Notes: generated from the sequence alone by a model not told the origin. 64,000 nt of DNA from Rhodosorus marinus CCMP1338 (GCA_029953675.1 JAMWBK010000006.1:2356001-2420000); one strand, 5' to 3'; numbered from the stretch's first letter, positions 14,033 to 27,740 are shown. Program-made: numbers and translations.

Positions 14033-16935
14033 ATGAGCTTGGGAATATTTCGAAGGGCAGCCCCGATCTTGAGAGATCTGAACCTGCTCTCGCAAGGTAG
14101 GAGAATTGGAAGTTTGGGGAGTGGAGGCATCGGGAGGCATTTAAGCGGAGGTGGCTTGGATGGAGCTGATAGAGTGACATTTGTTGGATTTGGGGACAGA
14201 GTTCTGTTGCCATGGCTAAGAGCTGAGCAGTCTCCGAAGGGGTTTGGTCGTTTTAGTGCAGAACAGCAGGACAGTCAACGGGAGGGGGTGACGAAGGACT
14301 CGGAGAAAGCTGAGAGGGAAGGTCGTGAACAGCACTCGGAGAGTACAGGGGGTGGGGGGTCTCAAAGAGGGAAAGATCCGGAGCCAGATGTGAACTGGAT
14401 GAGACAAGGAGCTGCGCTCTTTGGATTACTTCTTGCAGTTACTGCGTTGCTTTCTTCTGGTTCCGTTCAGAATAGAAAGGAAATCTCGTTCCACAGTTTT
14501 CTGTGGGACCTCGTATTCGCCGGAAAAGTCGAGAAGGTTGAGGTGAGCAGGCGACCATGTCGTGAATGTTTTGTTGGACTTTGTTGAATCCGGGTGCTCC
14601 GGCAGAGCTTTATGGAATTTGACAATGCATGGAAAATATCGCTCTTCATTCTATGATTTGTAGATTGTTGACAAGTCTGTGGCGCGAGTGTTCCTAAAGC
14701 CTGGCGTTAGCGTACCTGGTGCCCCTCCGCCACAAGTTCCGGGACGCGCTTGGGACCCATACTACTTTACAGTAGGCTCAATAGACTCATTTGAGAGGAA
14801 ACTGGAAGAGGCGCAGGAGGACAACGGCATTGGCCCGGATGACTTCGTTCCGGTTGTGTACAACAACCAAGCCACTGATGGCAGTGTCGGGTCTGAGCTC
14901 ATCAGGTCTGCGCCGTCCTTCCTAATAATATTGATGCTTCTCTGGATGGTGCGTGGGACGTTGTCCAATTTGCCGGGCGTCGGCGGACGCAATATATTCC
15001 AAGTCGGGAAAGCAAACCCGGTGATTGTAAAGGGCAAGGATAAGGTCGGCAAACAGGTCTCTTTCAGTGACGTTGCAGGTCTGGATGAGGCGAAATTGGA
15101 GATTATGGAGTTTGTAGACTTTCTCAAGAATCCGAAACGTTATGAGAAACTTGGTGCGAAAATCCCCAGGGGAGCTCTTCTGGTAGGACCGCCAGGCACT
15201 GGCAAGACCCTGCTGGCCAAAGCTACGGCTGGTGAGGCGAACGTCCCTTTCTTTTCGATGTCGGGCTCTGATTTTATCGAAATGTTTGTCGGCGTTGGTC
15301 CTGCCCGAGTACGAGACTTGTTCCAACAAGCGCGAAGTCAAGCGCCGTGTATTGTTTTCATCGACGAAATTGACGCTGTTGGACGTGCTCGAGGTATACG
15401 CACCTTCTAGTTCTTAAAGCTCTGAACTTTCAGCGGCCTTTCGCGTTTATGAGGAATCGCTCAGACTTTTTCGACTTTTTACTGTTTTTTTTTGTTGCAG
15501 GTCGCGGTGGCTTTTCTGGTGGAAACGATGAGAGGGAAAATACTCTTAACGCTCTGCTCGTCGAAATGGACGGTTTCTCTGCGACGTCGGGAGTCGTAGT
15601 GCTTGCTGGCACAAATCGAGCTGACATCCTGGACAAGGCGCTTTTGCGACCCGGCCGCTTTGACAGGCAAGTTCTGATCGACAAGCCTGATATTAGGGGA
15701 CGGTACCAGATCTTCATGGTCCACCTGAAGAATATCAAGCTCGCTGTTGAGCCCGAAACGGTGGCAAAGCAGTTGGCCTCTTTAACTCCTGGATTCGCAG
15801 GAGCGGATATTGCGAACATTTGCAATGAAGGGGCCCTCATTGCTGCTAGGAATGGGAGAAAATCGGTTGAGATAGTTGATTTCGAGGCAGCCACGGACAG
15901 AGTCCTAGGGGGAATAGAAAAGAAGAACAGAGTGATATCAAGACGCGAGAAGGAGATCGTCGCGCACCACGAGGCTGGCCACGCGGTCGCGGGTTGGTTC
16001 TCTAAATACGCTGATCCTTTAATGAAGGTTGGTGGGCAGCCAGCGAAGATGGGTTGCTTCATCTTCTCCGAAGTTGACCCTTCTCAAAAACTGATTGATC
16101 CACCTCGTGGAATGTGTAGGTCTCTATAATTCCCCGTGGAGAAGCTGCTCTGGGGTTTGCACAGTACATGCCTGTAGACAAGAAGCTCCTTAATAGAGAG
16201 CAACTTGAGGACTTCACAAAAGTTGCTCTCGGTGGTCGTGTTGCCGAATCGCTTTGCTTCGATAGCATCACCACCGGCGCGATTGATGATTTACAGAAGA
16301 TCACGAAGGCCGTCTACGCTCAGGTGACCAAGTACGGTATGACTGACTCTGTTGGTAAGGTCTTCTTTCCAGGCGACTCTGAGCGCCAGGAGCTCTATAA
16401 GCCATACAGCGAGGAAACCGCGAGGATGATTGACGATGAGGCCAGAGATTTCGTGGAGAATTGTCGGGCCAAGACGGAGAAACTTCTCTCGGAGAAGATA
16501 GATCTTGTCAAGGCCCTCGCCGCGAAGCTGTTGGAGAAAGAGGTGAGGATCGACACGAGGGCGTGCCACCTACGTGATGCCAGTCTAGGAAAGCGATTAT
16601 GAGGGATTGGCTAAGTAGTCACTGACTTTTTCGTTTTCTTTGGTAAAGGTTCTGCGGGAGGATGATCTAGTAGCGTTGCTGGGCCCGCGACCGTATGCCA
16701 AGATTGTAGATTACGATACATTTGTGGATGCCTTTGAGAAAGATCGACAGCAGAGGACCAAAAAATCGCCCAGTAGCCCAGACCCGAAGGGTGGGCCTGA
16801 GAAGGACAAGCCAGGTATGTCGGGCAAATATTTGTATTCTTGCCTCTTGCTTTTTGCATTGCTGACATATTGCCTTTTGCCGTTGTTGGAATCTTAGATT
16901 CTAGCGGGTCGAATGTAGAGCTGGAGCTGGCGTAG
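14033..16935 (+). CDS. AFG3: Mitochondrial m-AAA FtsH-family protease (AFG3/paraplegin-like), multi-exon
   Basis: Arg-rich presequence and two TM segments. [26 protein letters not shown], Walker A GPPGTGKT, Walker [31 protein letters not shown], Zn motif HEAGH and GGRVAE are all present. Confidence 0.92.
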
Positions 16936-17365
16936 TTGGTTTTGCTAATATCCGTGTGAATAGAGCTGTTGAAATGTAGTTGTAGCTGCTTTTGTACTTA
17001 CTCCCCTGGGGGCTGGCTGATCCAAGGCTTGAAACCCAAATTACGGTGCAGTCGCCTGCAACATGTTTTAATGGATTTTTTTTTTTTCGTGGTGTGGAAG
17101 TTTATGTGCCAATTCGCACACACCGGCTTGGGAGTAGAAACCAACCGTTGGAGTTCTGATGTGTGCATGCACAAAACGCCGGGAGTTGTCGTCACCAGAA
17201 TCAAGCGAGATTCGCAAAAGGACAAGGATGCTAATCAACTGGCCGCACGCTGCGTTCCCACGTCGGAGGTGTATTCAGTTCGCCTGTATTGTTTCGTGAA
17301 GAGGCAGATAAATTTCGAACATTGATAAACTCGAAATATGCAGCTGTCCATGTTGTGCCTTGCAA

Positions 17366-18167
17366 TCAGCCACCTTTGGGCTGGCGGGAGTCGAGAATTA
17401 GAGTTACAGGCCCATCATTGACGAGCGAAACATTCATATATGACCCGAACACGCATTGTGCGACTCGATCCTGGTTGTAATTTGCCTTCAACTGCGTAAC
17501 AGTTTCTAGGAACATGAGCTCGGCATCCGTGGGCGGCATCGATCTGTGAAACGATGGTTTCATTCCTTTGTAGACTGCGTGGAGAGTGAATTGAGAGACT
17601 TGACGCACACCAATTCACACAAAGAATACCAGTCAGCATCCGAAGGAATAGCAGAGTTTACCTGAGCAAACGAGAGCGTCCGTCTAGTCGTACCCACGAG
17701 GATCTCACCTCCTACGTCAAGAACGCTCTTCTTCCAACCGGATGGTTCATTGTCCTCCGGGAAAATTTTCAGGTTCAATAGCTTCTTTACACTGTTGCAG
17801 TCGATTTTTATATAGGGTTGGGGTCACATTGAGTTCTTCCATAGAGGTTGTATGCTCCAAGTACTTACATGTAATTGGAATCTTCGGACTGTAAATACAA
17901 TTGAAGATGATAAACTTGACATAATCAGCCTTTGTCCATGTTCCACAGTACATAAGAGCAGCTTACCGTGTCATCCGTCGTGATTCCTAGTAGAACGCAC
18001 AGTCCTAGTAGCCAGGGAACACATTCACAAATGTCAGGAGACCGAGAAGCCGTGCCCTCAACTGCGGCGATATCGATTATTGAGTTCTACTGACCTCGAT
18101 CTATTGATGCTGTGGCTCCGCCGCCGGAGACAGTTGCTTGAGCAACGCGCTGAACCACAGCTCTCAT
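17366..18167 (-). CDS. DTD1: D-aminoacyl-tRNA deacylase DTD1, multi-exon
   Basis: Spliced MRAVVQRVAQATVS...G|LCVLLGI, KLLNLKIFPED...WKKSV, VSQFTL, KGMKPSFHRSM, GVFGSYMNVSLVNDGPVT-type (CVFGSYMNVSLVNDGPVT) signature. Confidence 0.93.
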
Positions 18168-18889
18168 CGTCTCCTACAGTACTAGCACAGACGCGATCTT
18201 TTCAAAAGCAACGTTTTTCAAAGCGATCGGTTGCTTGCGCCCTCCTTGCTCACACCCCCATAAAGGGGATATTGGCAAGGGGATCGAGCTTTGTCCGGGC
18301 TCGACAGCTCTACGCCTAAATCTGATCGGCGGTGGCATTGTGTGGGTTATGGAACTAGAGGTTGGGACTTGAGCCCTCTCCGGGCTATGGAAGTGTAACT
18401 TCTCTATTCCTTCTTTGGAGATGATAAATGGCCCCTTTTCCCGTGCGCAACTTTTTTTCCAAAAGGACTGTAAGTAGATGTTCGGATTTAATGGACGACT
18501 GGGGCGTAGCTTTGCCTTGGAGACTCGATCAACTTCTGGACAAAGGAGGACTGGCATGATCACATCCCCTCCAAGCAAAGGGGAACATACAACAACCGCC
18601 GGGGTCCGCGATGTAAGAAATCGATGCTCCCTAAAGGCACATGTGCGGGTTCCTTCGCAAATGTAAATCGAAAACCAAATTCAATAAATGCCCCCTTCAA
18701 TATCACTTCTTGGCAAGTCTGTACCAATTGAGCGTCCACGACTGCTACACATCTGCGGGTTGGATATCACCGGGCATTGACAGCTCACTAGCTCCAAAGC
18801 GGCCAATCGAACAAACATGCAATTTCCACCATCTGAGCAATGCTTTACGGCCTTGAAAACTACGCGAGCTTGGCCCGCTTCCATGCTGC

Positions 18890-20068
18890 TCACCACATTG
18901 CCCACTGAGGCTGCCTCTTTGATGTGCTTGCAGGCACTCTGTCATGGCGTTTGCCTCGTACCTTTTCCTGCAAGAAACGCAAAGCCGTCGAGCTTTGGAC
19001 CGACGGGGTCACCGAAGGACTCGAGAGGACTGACACCGTGAAGCCGTCCTTTTTGACTGAGGCTGGGGCAAGTGGTGAGGCGCGTTCCGTAACTTTCCTG
19101 TTGAGGTTCTTCTTAGCTAGGTCAGCTTTCCGCTGTTCTCGTTCATCACGCTTCGCTTTCACCCTCTTCAGGAGCTCCTGAGGCAGCGACTCCGATTTCA
19201 ACGCTTCCTTCTCGTCCTTGTTTTCTTTGAATTTTCTTCCCCGCTTGCTTCTCATTTCCAGAGCGGCGAGCTTCTCTTGTCTCAGATCCTCTTGCGCCTG
19301 CTGTTTCCCAGCTCCAATGGAAATCTCCTCCGGGGCTTCATCTCCACCTTCGCTCCCGCTTCCCTCCTCTGACTGCTCAGCATTCATCTGCTGAGCTTGA
19401 TCACCAGCGATTTCATCCTCCTTACCCCTCGACAGGCGGGCATCTTCCTCCTCCAATTTCCCTCCACTGTCAGCTTGCTCCCCTTGTGTCGTAGGCGGTC
19501 CCGCCTTCTTTGTCAAAGCATCACCGTCGTTTCTGAAAGTCTTTTCGATCCCCGAATCTGCGCGGTTCGGTGCTTTTTCAAAGCTACCAGCTCTGCCGTC
19601 TTCGGGTTGCTGAGCAACAGGCTGCTTCCTCGGACGTCCTCTTTTCCTCGGGGTTGGAGTTGGCGCTACCTCTGGTTCATCTCGCTTCTTCCGTGGGCGT
19701 CCTCGTTTTCTCGGCGTCTTCTCATCAGCTGCATTATTCACGTCAATTTCAAGACCTTCACGTTCTGCACCCATTGGCGATTCCCCAACCTTTCCGTCGT
19801 CACCGTCTGCTTGCAGCTGCTCCCAACTCTTCCGGCGTTTCGACTGTCCCTTCTTCTTCGAAGTCGGTGTAGAACCAGTCTCCTTCAGCAATTCTTCCTC
19901 CTTGGATCCATGCAGCTCATGAGGTTCTGCCAAAGCCTCTTCAACTTCTAGCCCCTCACTCAGCGCACTAGGTCTACGTGGTGTCCGCTTCGTCGAAACG
20001 CGGTCCTTCGGAGAAGCGTCCTGCACGGACGCATCTCCAGAATGCCTAGTTCTCCGTGTGGAAACCAT
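18890..20068 (-). CDS. Low-complexity charged nuclear protein with two AT-hooks; C-terminal half resembles NOL7/Utp16(Bud21)-type nucleolar proteins
   Basis: 392-aa ATG-initiated ORF with PRKRGRPRKK and PRKRGRPRKQ AT-hooks. An acidic DEAPEEISI motif precedes a basic coiled coil. The family assignment is tentative. Confidence 0.7.
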   Translation of the reverse strand: MVSTRRTRHSGDASVQDASPKDRVSTKRTPRRPSALSEGLEVEEALAEPHELHGSKEEELLKETGSTPTSKKKGQSKRRKSWEQLQADGDDGKVGESPMGAEREGLEIDVNNAADEKTPRKRGRPRKKRDEPEVAPTPTPRKRGRPRKQPVAQQPEDGRAGSFEKAPNRADSGIEKTFRNDGDALTKKAGPPTTQGEQADSGGKLEEEDARLSRGKEDEIAGDQAQQMNAEQSEEGSGSEGGDEAPEEISIGAGKQQAQEDLRQEKLAALEMRSKRGRKFKENKDEKEALKSESLPQELLKRVKAKRDEREQRKADLAKKNLNRKVTERASPLAPASVKKDGFTVSVLSSPSVTPSVQSSTALRFLQEKVRGKRHDRVPASTSKRQPQWAMW

Positions 20069-20938
20069 CTAGTTCCTTATGAAACTCTAGGAAAGAAACT
20101 TCCAAACGATCACCATTGACTAGCGAAACCTCTTCCTGCACGGTTTACAGCGGTTTCGCTCAGGTTGGCAGAGTTAGGAATTTCATTAAACACGGCGACG
20201 CTAATATATGGGGCGTATCGTGGGATTAAGTTCGGCGTTGGTCAACCGAGTCTTTGCGGACTGGCTGCTTGTTTAGCTTTTTGTCAGCTTTCCGGGAATT
20301 GCAGTGGACTGCACAAATGACGCTATTATAGCAAGGGTCTAGCGACATGCAGGCGCTTGTACGATGATGACCAGGAGCAGGAGAATTGATTGAAAATTCC
20401 TCTGGTGTTGGGCTAGATTTTTGAAGTTCCGTCATCTGCAGTAGCTTGAACAGGGAACACCGTACTATAATTCGGTCTTCTATAGTCGACACTGCAAGCT
20501 TTCTTGCTTCTCATTTTCGGCTTTCTTGATCACGTCAGATATAGATAGTTTTTCCAATGTTCCGAGCACGTAGCAAACCGAACGTCGCTGGCCTTGTGGA
20601 GCGGATTAGGTTGTTGATCAGGACCATCGTGGAAATACTGGAGCTCAACATTTCCAACGGTCTGGGTGCTCTAGTAGTCTGGTACAACGAGCCCGTGAGC
20701 GTGGTTGCAGTAACACCGAGTTTCGAGTGTACAAGTTCCGCCCGTGGCTAGTCCAGGTGCTACCAATAACTCCTTCATGTAGACTGAGCTGACAGCTCCT
20801 TATCTTAGGCGCTCGGGTGCTGATCAAGAATGGATAGGATAAGGACATCCTGATGGAAACATAGCTCGGAAACAAAACAAAAAATCAAGCTCCTTTACGT
20901 CCACCGCTTTTTCCTCATGGCGGTGCTCTCCTACTCCT

Positions 20939-22111
20939 CTACAAGATGAACGGAATAAGGGCCTTCCTACCTGTTGGATAGAGCTCCCTCCCGTCCTTTC
21001 CATCGAACTCGGCTTGGTAATTTTTGTGCTTTTTCAGTGCCCATACCAGCATCTGAGCAGATCCAACGACGAAGAAAGCCCAGCCCACCAATGTCGACGT
21101 AAAGAGGTTGAAGAACATCCACGCCAAGATCTCGAAAAGGTAGTTCGGACAGGAAACGAATTCGAAAGCACCATCTCTCGGAATCTTTCGAACCTTCGTC
21201 CCCGCCGGTCTCAAGCTGCTGAGATAAGCATGGGTGACAAAGTTTGCAACTTCCCAGAACCAAAACATTGCCATGCAGAAGGCATATCTTCCCATTGTCA
21301 CAGGTGTATAGAGCGGATGGAACAGAAAGTAGGCTATTCCAGCAGCGAAACCCCAATAATACATTGAGTTCTTGAAAACATTCATAATCGGCATTGTCGA
21401 ATTTGAAAATTTGTGCACCAGCAACGTCTCTAACTCGCGTTTCACGTAGTGGAACATGAAGGCCACAAACCCGGAGCTGCGTAGAAGTTTTCCCAGCGCA
21501 GAGCGAAAAACACGGCATGTCAGCTTTTCAGAAGTATGGAACGTCATTGAGCCTCCAACCTTTGCGCATCAAGGATAAGTTCGGAGCTTACTATTGCTGC
21601 TCAATCAACGGTGGTAGGTCAGTACCGTAGATGATCGATGGTCTCATTAGGAACGTAGGGAAAATCAGCAAGGGACCGAGGTACTCAATGACGAATACGC
21701 CTCTCCATGAAATCTGTGGTCCCATATCCTTGAAAACCACGGTTGCATCTGAAAGCTGGTCATTGAGAGGAACGTCTTCCGCCACCGGCAAGGGCTTTTC
21801 GGAAGATGAGGTCGCCGGAAGTGTAAACCTCTGTCGCTCCGGGTAGTATTTCTTGTCTAGGGAGAATGAAGAACGATTCTAGCGGTGTGAGGACGAGGTT
21901 TCCATATTTGCATCGGCAGGCAATGTTGCGCATGGTGCCGAACATAGACTAGAAACTCGAAACCAGAAGAAAAAGAAAAATGTGGGTTTCATGCTCGTTT
22001 GGGCTCACTCGTTTTGTGAAAGGCATCTTTCAAGTCTCGCAGTTTAGCCTCCTCCGAAAGAGAGACCTGGGCTATTTTGCTCCCCGATCTAGAAACAATT
22101 GTTACATCCAT
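20939..22111 (-). CDS. TECR: Very-long-chain enoyl-CoA reductase (TECR/TSC13/CER10), 3 exons
   Basis: Exon 1 MDVTIVSRSG...LRDLKDAFHK, then KYYPERQRFTL, FKDMGPQISWRGVFVIEYLGP, HYVKRELETLLVHKFS, KNSMYYW, VSCPNYLFEI and RKALIPFIL. Confidence 0.95.
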
Positions 22112-23976
22112 CACTCCCTTCTCCGCAAAATCAATCCTAGCCTTGATTCAGCACCAGTCCAGTAAACACCTTCAACAACTGTTCGTAGCAAGCTCAAAAC
22201 AAGAAGTCCTCACCCTCTGAAACGACTAAGGTGAGCCTCGCCACTCGATTGACTGCGATCCTCCATGCCGTGATAATTTCGATTGTCCTCTGCTCCGTTT
22301 GGTATTAGGGGTTGTGCCAAGTGGGTCGCGTTTTTCGCTGTTTACGACCCAGAAGTGGTTAAACCTGCGAAAACGGTAGGGTTTAGAGGGGTATACAGCG
22401 GCTCAATATGTACATTTGCAGGCGGGCCGATGGCAGCGTGGAGGTCAATGATCGAATGAGGAGTCGTCGCACGGGGGGTGTTTGTGCACGCGTCGGTCCG
22501 ACTCATGGTCAAATGTTATTAGTAGTTCGGATAATTTTGTACTCTTGCACCTACTATGAACGCCGCATCTAATCGTCTGAGGTATGTTGGCGAAGCATAT
22601 GCATATCGGAGCTCGCCGTTCCGTTTGCACTTTGGTGGCTTCGAACGACACCATTGTGTTTACACACATCAGCAAGCGATTAGTGGATTGGTAATTCAGA
22701 CCTACAATATTTGAAAGGAACACGGGCATTCGTCAATGGCGTGAATTCACCGAGCCTGACATTGCGCCTGGACCCGCATATCCGTCACTAGCTCAACCGT
22801 CACACATCGAGCTAGAGCTAGATACTGCCTACTTCCAATGTGGCGCTGCCATTCCTCGCTGACCGCAAAGGGCCGCCGGGAAGGACTTGCCTCGATTGTC
22901 CAGTTGGCCGCTACAGCGAGATTGGATCGGGGATGAGAGTACATTCCACAAGCACTGCTAAGCCTGGGTAGCCTGTGTGGCGGTTTGGGTTGAGCTGTCT
23001 GATGAGCTCAAAGGCCTAAGTTTCAACCTACTACATTCTGCGCTGAGTTTTTAAGTACCCTGGTACTGCAGAAACTCATGTAGCACCGCGCGAGTGGTGA
23101 ACCTTCCTGTAGACAATCGTCCAGTTACCTAATGAGTTGCGGTGGCAGCAGATCTCGGCTCCAGTTTTCAGGCGGAAACGCGAAAACGCTGAAACCAGAA
23201 CATCGCATTGTCACGAGAGTCCCTCGAACCCCTACGATTTGCTGCCTCTGTACAACCGTATCAATACCACTCGCACCTCTAACCGACTTGCTCCCCAAGA
23301 TTTCCTTAAGACCCCGCCAAATAGACTGCATCAGTCAATATCGCGCTCATTTCTTGCTTCCCAAAAAAAGAAAGGAAAACGAGGATCAGCTGGTCCAGCT
23401 CTGCTTAGACGTCACAACCTCTCCTCCGATTGATGCGGTTCAGAATCCATCCCATTTTAGCTTTTCATGCTAATTAATTCTGTGACTATCACGTACACAC
23501 ACCCCTGGGCAACGATCTAGCTTTGCTTATTGTTCCTCCATTGAAACAATTGATTTTAGTATTGCGAGGAGGTATTCCAAGGTCTAGTACATCGACTTGT
23601 GGGGATTTGCATAGGGGGGAAGGAACTGTTATATCTGCACGTGCGTGCTTGGGTTTTAGTGGTTTGTTGCGTTGGTCAGACCATATGGGTTTCTCCCTAA
23701 GGACAAAATCGTGCGTCTAGTCTGGTCTGCAGCAAGCTGTTTGTTGGAATTAGTGTGTGCACATTCAGTGATAGGTGAAAGGTAGGCTCGGGGGTAGATC
23801 GAGAGTGCGGTGGTTGGGTCCTAGGGAAGCGGTTTGAACCAGAACCTTGGAAATATCACAGATCGCCGGTGGAAAAGGTGCTGGCGATTCGGATTGGAAG
23901 TGATGGGATTGAGCCTTGGAGCGTGTTTGGACAGGAGTGCTAGGTGAACTGAGAGGAAACTTCTTAGCGAAACAAT

Positions 23977-26900
23977 ATGATGAGGAGAAGTGTTTTCCGG
24001 GTTTTGCTGCAAGCCGGCCGTGCCTCCGCGAAGGAGGGATTGTATGGGAACGGTGCTGCTGCCACTGGAGGTTTGGTCATTCGGCAGTATTACCTCCATC
24101 AACTAGTATCGGCTCCCGGGTTGCGAGCGATCACGACCATGGATCGTGCCCCACGGTCGAAAAGGGTCGCCTCAAAACCTGTCCCAAGTAGAGCCCTCTC
24201 GACGGGCTCTGCGCAGACATCTGATGAAAAGGAGAAGAGAATCGCCTTCGTGCAGGTTGGTACAAGTTTTCTTGATGAGGGTGGCCGTCGACGTTCGCTG
24301 AGTTCACATCGCTTCACTCGAAACAATTCTTTGTCAACAGGCGTTCAGATCACCACGAAACTTTCTCGGATATTTGAACCAGAGCAGAAAGGGCGCTGTG
24401 GAATTCGTCTCGCATTTCTGGACTGGGTGCAAATTGCTTGCCGTAAGTGATCCTGCCCTTTTATCATCCCTTATCGGGAACAACTACTCCAACCCGCAGG
24501 AACTTGCAGGGACTTTATCGCGTTGCTCGCTCATTTCCTCCTAATTTAAACTGTACAGGCGGATGTCAGAGTTGCATTTCGAATAATGAAGAAGATCTCC
24601 ACGGGGAAGTCTGTCTCCCGTCGTGAGCGAAATCTGCTGGTATCAACGGGAGCAGATTTGGCGAGGATGCTGCCGTTTTCGTTCTTCGTTGTGGTTCCAC
24701 TGATGGAGTTTGCACTACCTTTTGCGATTGTGGTAAGAAACAAAACTTTGTCGGAGGAAAACTGCCGGATCGCATGGACCGGTTAAAGGAATCCTCCACG
24801 GAAAATTCTCAGTCCAAAACGGGAAAGCGGAGAGTGTTTCCTTACTTGACGATTTTCTTGGCCCTTTCTTGGCCCAGTTGTTTCCGAATATGCTACCCTC
24901 GCAATTTCAAGACGGGCTGAAGAAGGAGGAGGATGCGAAGAAGCAACTTAAGGTGAGACTGCACAAAAGCATTCGAAGACTTGGAATGGTTGAAAGCTCG
25001 GTGCTGACGCTCCCTCTGCGCACTTGCCTGTTCAGGTAAGGTTGGAGGTTGCAAAATACTTCCAGGACGTGGTCTCGCAAAGAGCAAAGACTGTTCGTGA
25101 CTCGAACGCCGCAGAGGTATGTTTGCTTTATCCTTTTGTGTTTCGTTGAACTGGACTCGTCCTTGCGTGTATCAGCTCTGCCTTGCTATGCAGTCACCTG
25201 CTTTGTTCCTAACCACTTGGAGGCTTTGCGGCGCTTCAGGAAGTGAGGAAAGAAGCAGAAGAGCTCTCAGGGTTTCTGGATGATATTCGCAACGGAAACG
25301 AGGTCGACGAAAAACGGGTTTTCCAGTTTGCAAGATTTTTTAATGATGAGCTGACCCTTGACGGAGCCGTCAGGTCAGTTTCGCGTGCCCGGGCTGAAAT
25401 GGCGTCGCAATCGAATATAGCACTGACTTTCCACTTCAACCGAAACTTCTTTAGACCCCAGCTTGTCGCAATGTGCAGGTACCTTGGTCTTCGAACTTAT
25501 GGAGCGGATCCAATTCTTCGTTACAGAATCCGCTCGAAGCTCACATCCATCACCAACGACGATATTTTGATAATGTGGGAAGGGGGGGTCGATTCTTTGC
25601 AAGACGATGAAGTGCTCAAGGCTTGTCAAGACAGAGGGATAAGAACGATCGGGGTCTCCAAGAGAAAGCTGAGGCGTCAGCTAGGCGACTGGCTAGAGAT
25701 GTCACAGAAGCGAGAAGGTGACTAGTTTTCCAAGGATGGAACGCAAGACCAATACTTTAATAGATGAGGGAGTTGCTTATCCTGGCCTCGCTTCTTATTC
25801 AGTACCCCCAACTTTGATGATTTTGTCGAGAGGGTTCTTCTACACTGACGTCCCTGAGCATGCTCTCAAGGAGACTCTGTCGAGTTTGCCGGTTGATGTC
25901 CTGACAGATTTGAAGATTGCTACGGATAAGGATCTCACCAGCGCAGAGCGTTTGGAAGAGGTAAGCATCATTTGCTCCTCGCGGAGGATCCTTATAAGCT
26001 TGCTGATGGAGGGTTTTGTTTACCACCGCTGTGTGCATCTTTAGCTTAAACGTCAAGAGCGACTTATTGCCGCGGAAGAAGCACAGCATGGCGAACCCAA
26101 GGACCGCAAAGAGAAACCGGAAGCAGTTTTGGAGGCGGAACCTAAGCCCGATGTGGCGGCGGAGGCCGTGGACCCGATCGATTTGGAGGTTCGAATGGAT
26201 AACTTGAAGGGAGCCGTTGAGGAAGGGCAGAAAGCAATCGACGAAAAAATCGTTCCCGAGGTAAGGAAACTGACTACGAAGGAGGAACCCGGCTTTGATT
26301 TTCACACGATGCCGAGCTGATTGAGGGCTTATTGCATCGAATTAGATGGTACGGACGAGCAGCGCAAGGACCGCGGAAAGCGAAACCGACGATCGTAGGG
26401 CATTGTTGGGCATAGCTGATGTCCTTGAAACTCTTGAATCCGACGACCCAGTTGCAAGTGAACGCCTGGATCTCGAGGTATGTTAGCCACCCTCCGCCAC
26501 TTATTATTGATTCGTAGGCGGGCCTTGGGTGTTCTAATTACGGTTTCCGTTTTATTCTCTTCCATGCTGTGTGGTGTAGCATCTTAAAGCCGAGCTGCTA
26601 AATCTCGAGGCAAGGATTACCGACGACGGAGAGAAGGGCGATTCTCAGGTACGTTCGTATACACAGCATTGCGTTGAGAAACCTTGGATAGATGCCGAGA
26701 ATTTTTCTTTCTCGTTGCGAATTTGCTTAGGTCCGGAGGTTGAAGGCCACTATAAGCAAGCTTGAGAGAGAGTTTGAGAAGACGCAGAACAAGGTTGGCT
26801 TAAAGATGAAGCTCTTGGATACGGACAAGGACGGAGTTATTCACATCGACGAAGTTCTCCAAGCAGCGACTTTGATCGCTGGAGCGAACAACGAGGATGT

Positions 26901-27107
26901 AATCAAACAGGTACGAATGCTACACATCGTCGTTTTCCTGCGTTGCGTTACTTGTCTTAGATCGCTGCTATTGGATTTGCTCACGGTGATCTTTCACTGC
27001 AGGTTTTGGAGCGGCTCGATGAGAACAACGACGGCGTCTTCAGGAAGGAGGATATAAAACGTTTGCGTCGTGAAATCAAGCAAGAGCTGGGGGATTCTAT
27101 GAACTGA
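23977..27107 (+). CDS. LETM1: LETM1/Mdm38 mitochondrial inner-membrane protein with C-terminal EF-hands, ~12+ exons
   Basis: Presequence MMRRSVFRVLLQAGR. SRRERNLLVSTGADLARMLPFSFFVVVPLMEFALP, F..F.DELTLD, RPQLVAMCRYLGL, DD.LI.WEG.DSL...E...AC..RG, L..WLEMS. EF-hands DTDKDGVIHIDE and DENNDGVFRKED. Confidence 0.92.
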
Positions 27108-27740
27108 TAGAATCCAATTAGATCAGGACACATTTGCGACTATTGAAGCGACTGCTAGTAGGCTTCCGCGCGGTCGTCGACTCAACACGGGAGAGGAGTG
27201 TACATGTAGTTCGGACAATTCGGAAGCAGACCTTCCCCCGGAAAACATAGGCTGCTTTTCACCATCGGACCTCGCCCTTATGTAGCCTCACTCTACGCGA
27301 ATAATTTTGTTTCTACCTTTTGCCCTTCAGGCTCCGGCCGCCCGTGGAACGGATTCAAGAGTCGGGCTTGATCCCAAACCTTGACTCTTTGCTTATTTTT
27401 TGGATTGCAGTTTTTGTTCTGACCGCGGAAATATAAACTATTCTTTGTTGAACTGCGGCATAGCTGCGGTGTGACTGTGTATTCTAAGGCACTGGCTCGC
27501 ACGATTGGCTTTTATTATGTTCACAGCGAACTGAATTTGCGGTCTTGTCCGCCGCTCATCCAGCCAGCAACTGAATAGATATGGCCAGAGAAAAGGTCAA
27601 GAAGCGACTCACATCCGTCCAGTAGTCCACACCTCAAGACATGAATCCCGCTTGCAGGCTGTCCCCGGAAAGTCCTCCTAGGACAGCAGATAAATAGAAT
27701 TTACACATATGCTTTCATATTCCTGACAGAATGAACTTCG

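Noticed and set aside
18681-18905. MGNVVSS apparent myristoylated small ORF
   Set aside because: It starts at GTG rather than ATG and overlaps the end of the AT-hook gene.
20300-20400. NDAIIAR...LYDDDQEQE UIM/OTU-like fragment
   Set aside because: Interrupted by a stop that would need a 16-nt intron, and there is no further support.
22377-22384. Telo-box TAGGGTTT
   Set aside because: Single 8-mer, expected by chance in 64 kb, and not upstream of the ribosome-biogenesis genes.
22999-23030. CTGATGAG hammerhead-ribozyme core
   Set aside because: No downstream GAAA or stem II/III geometry.
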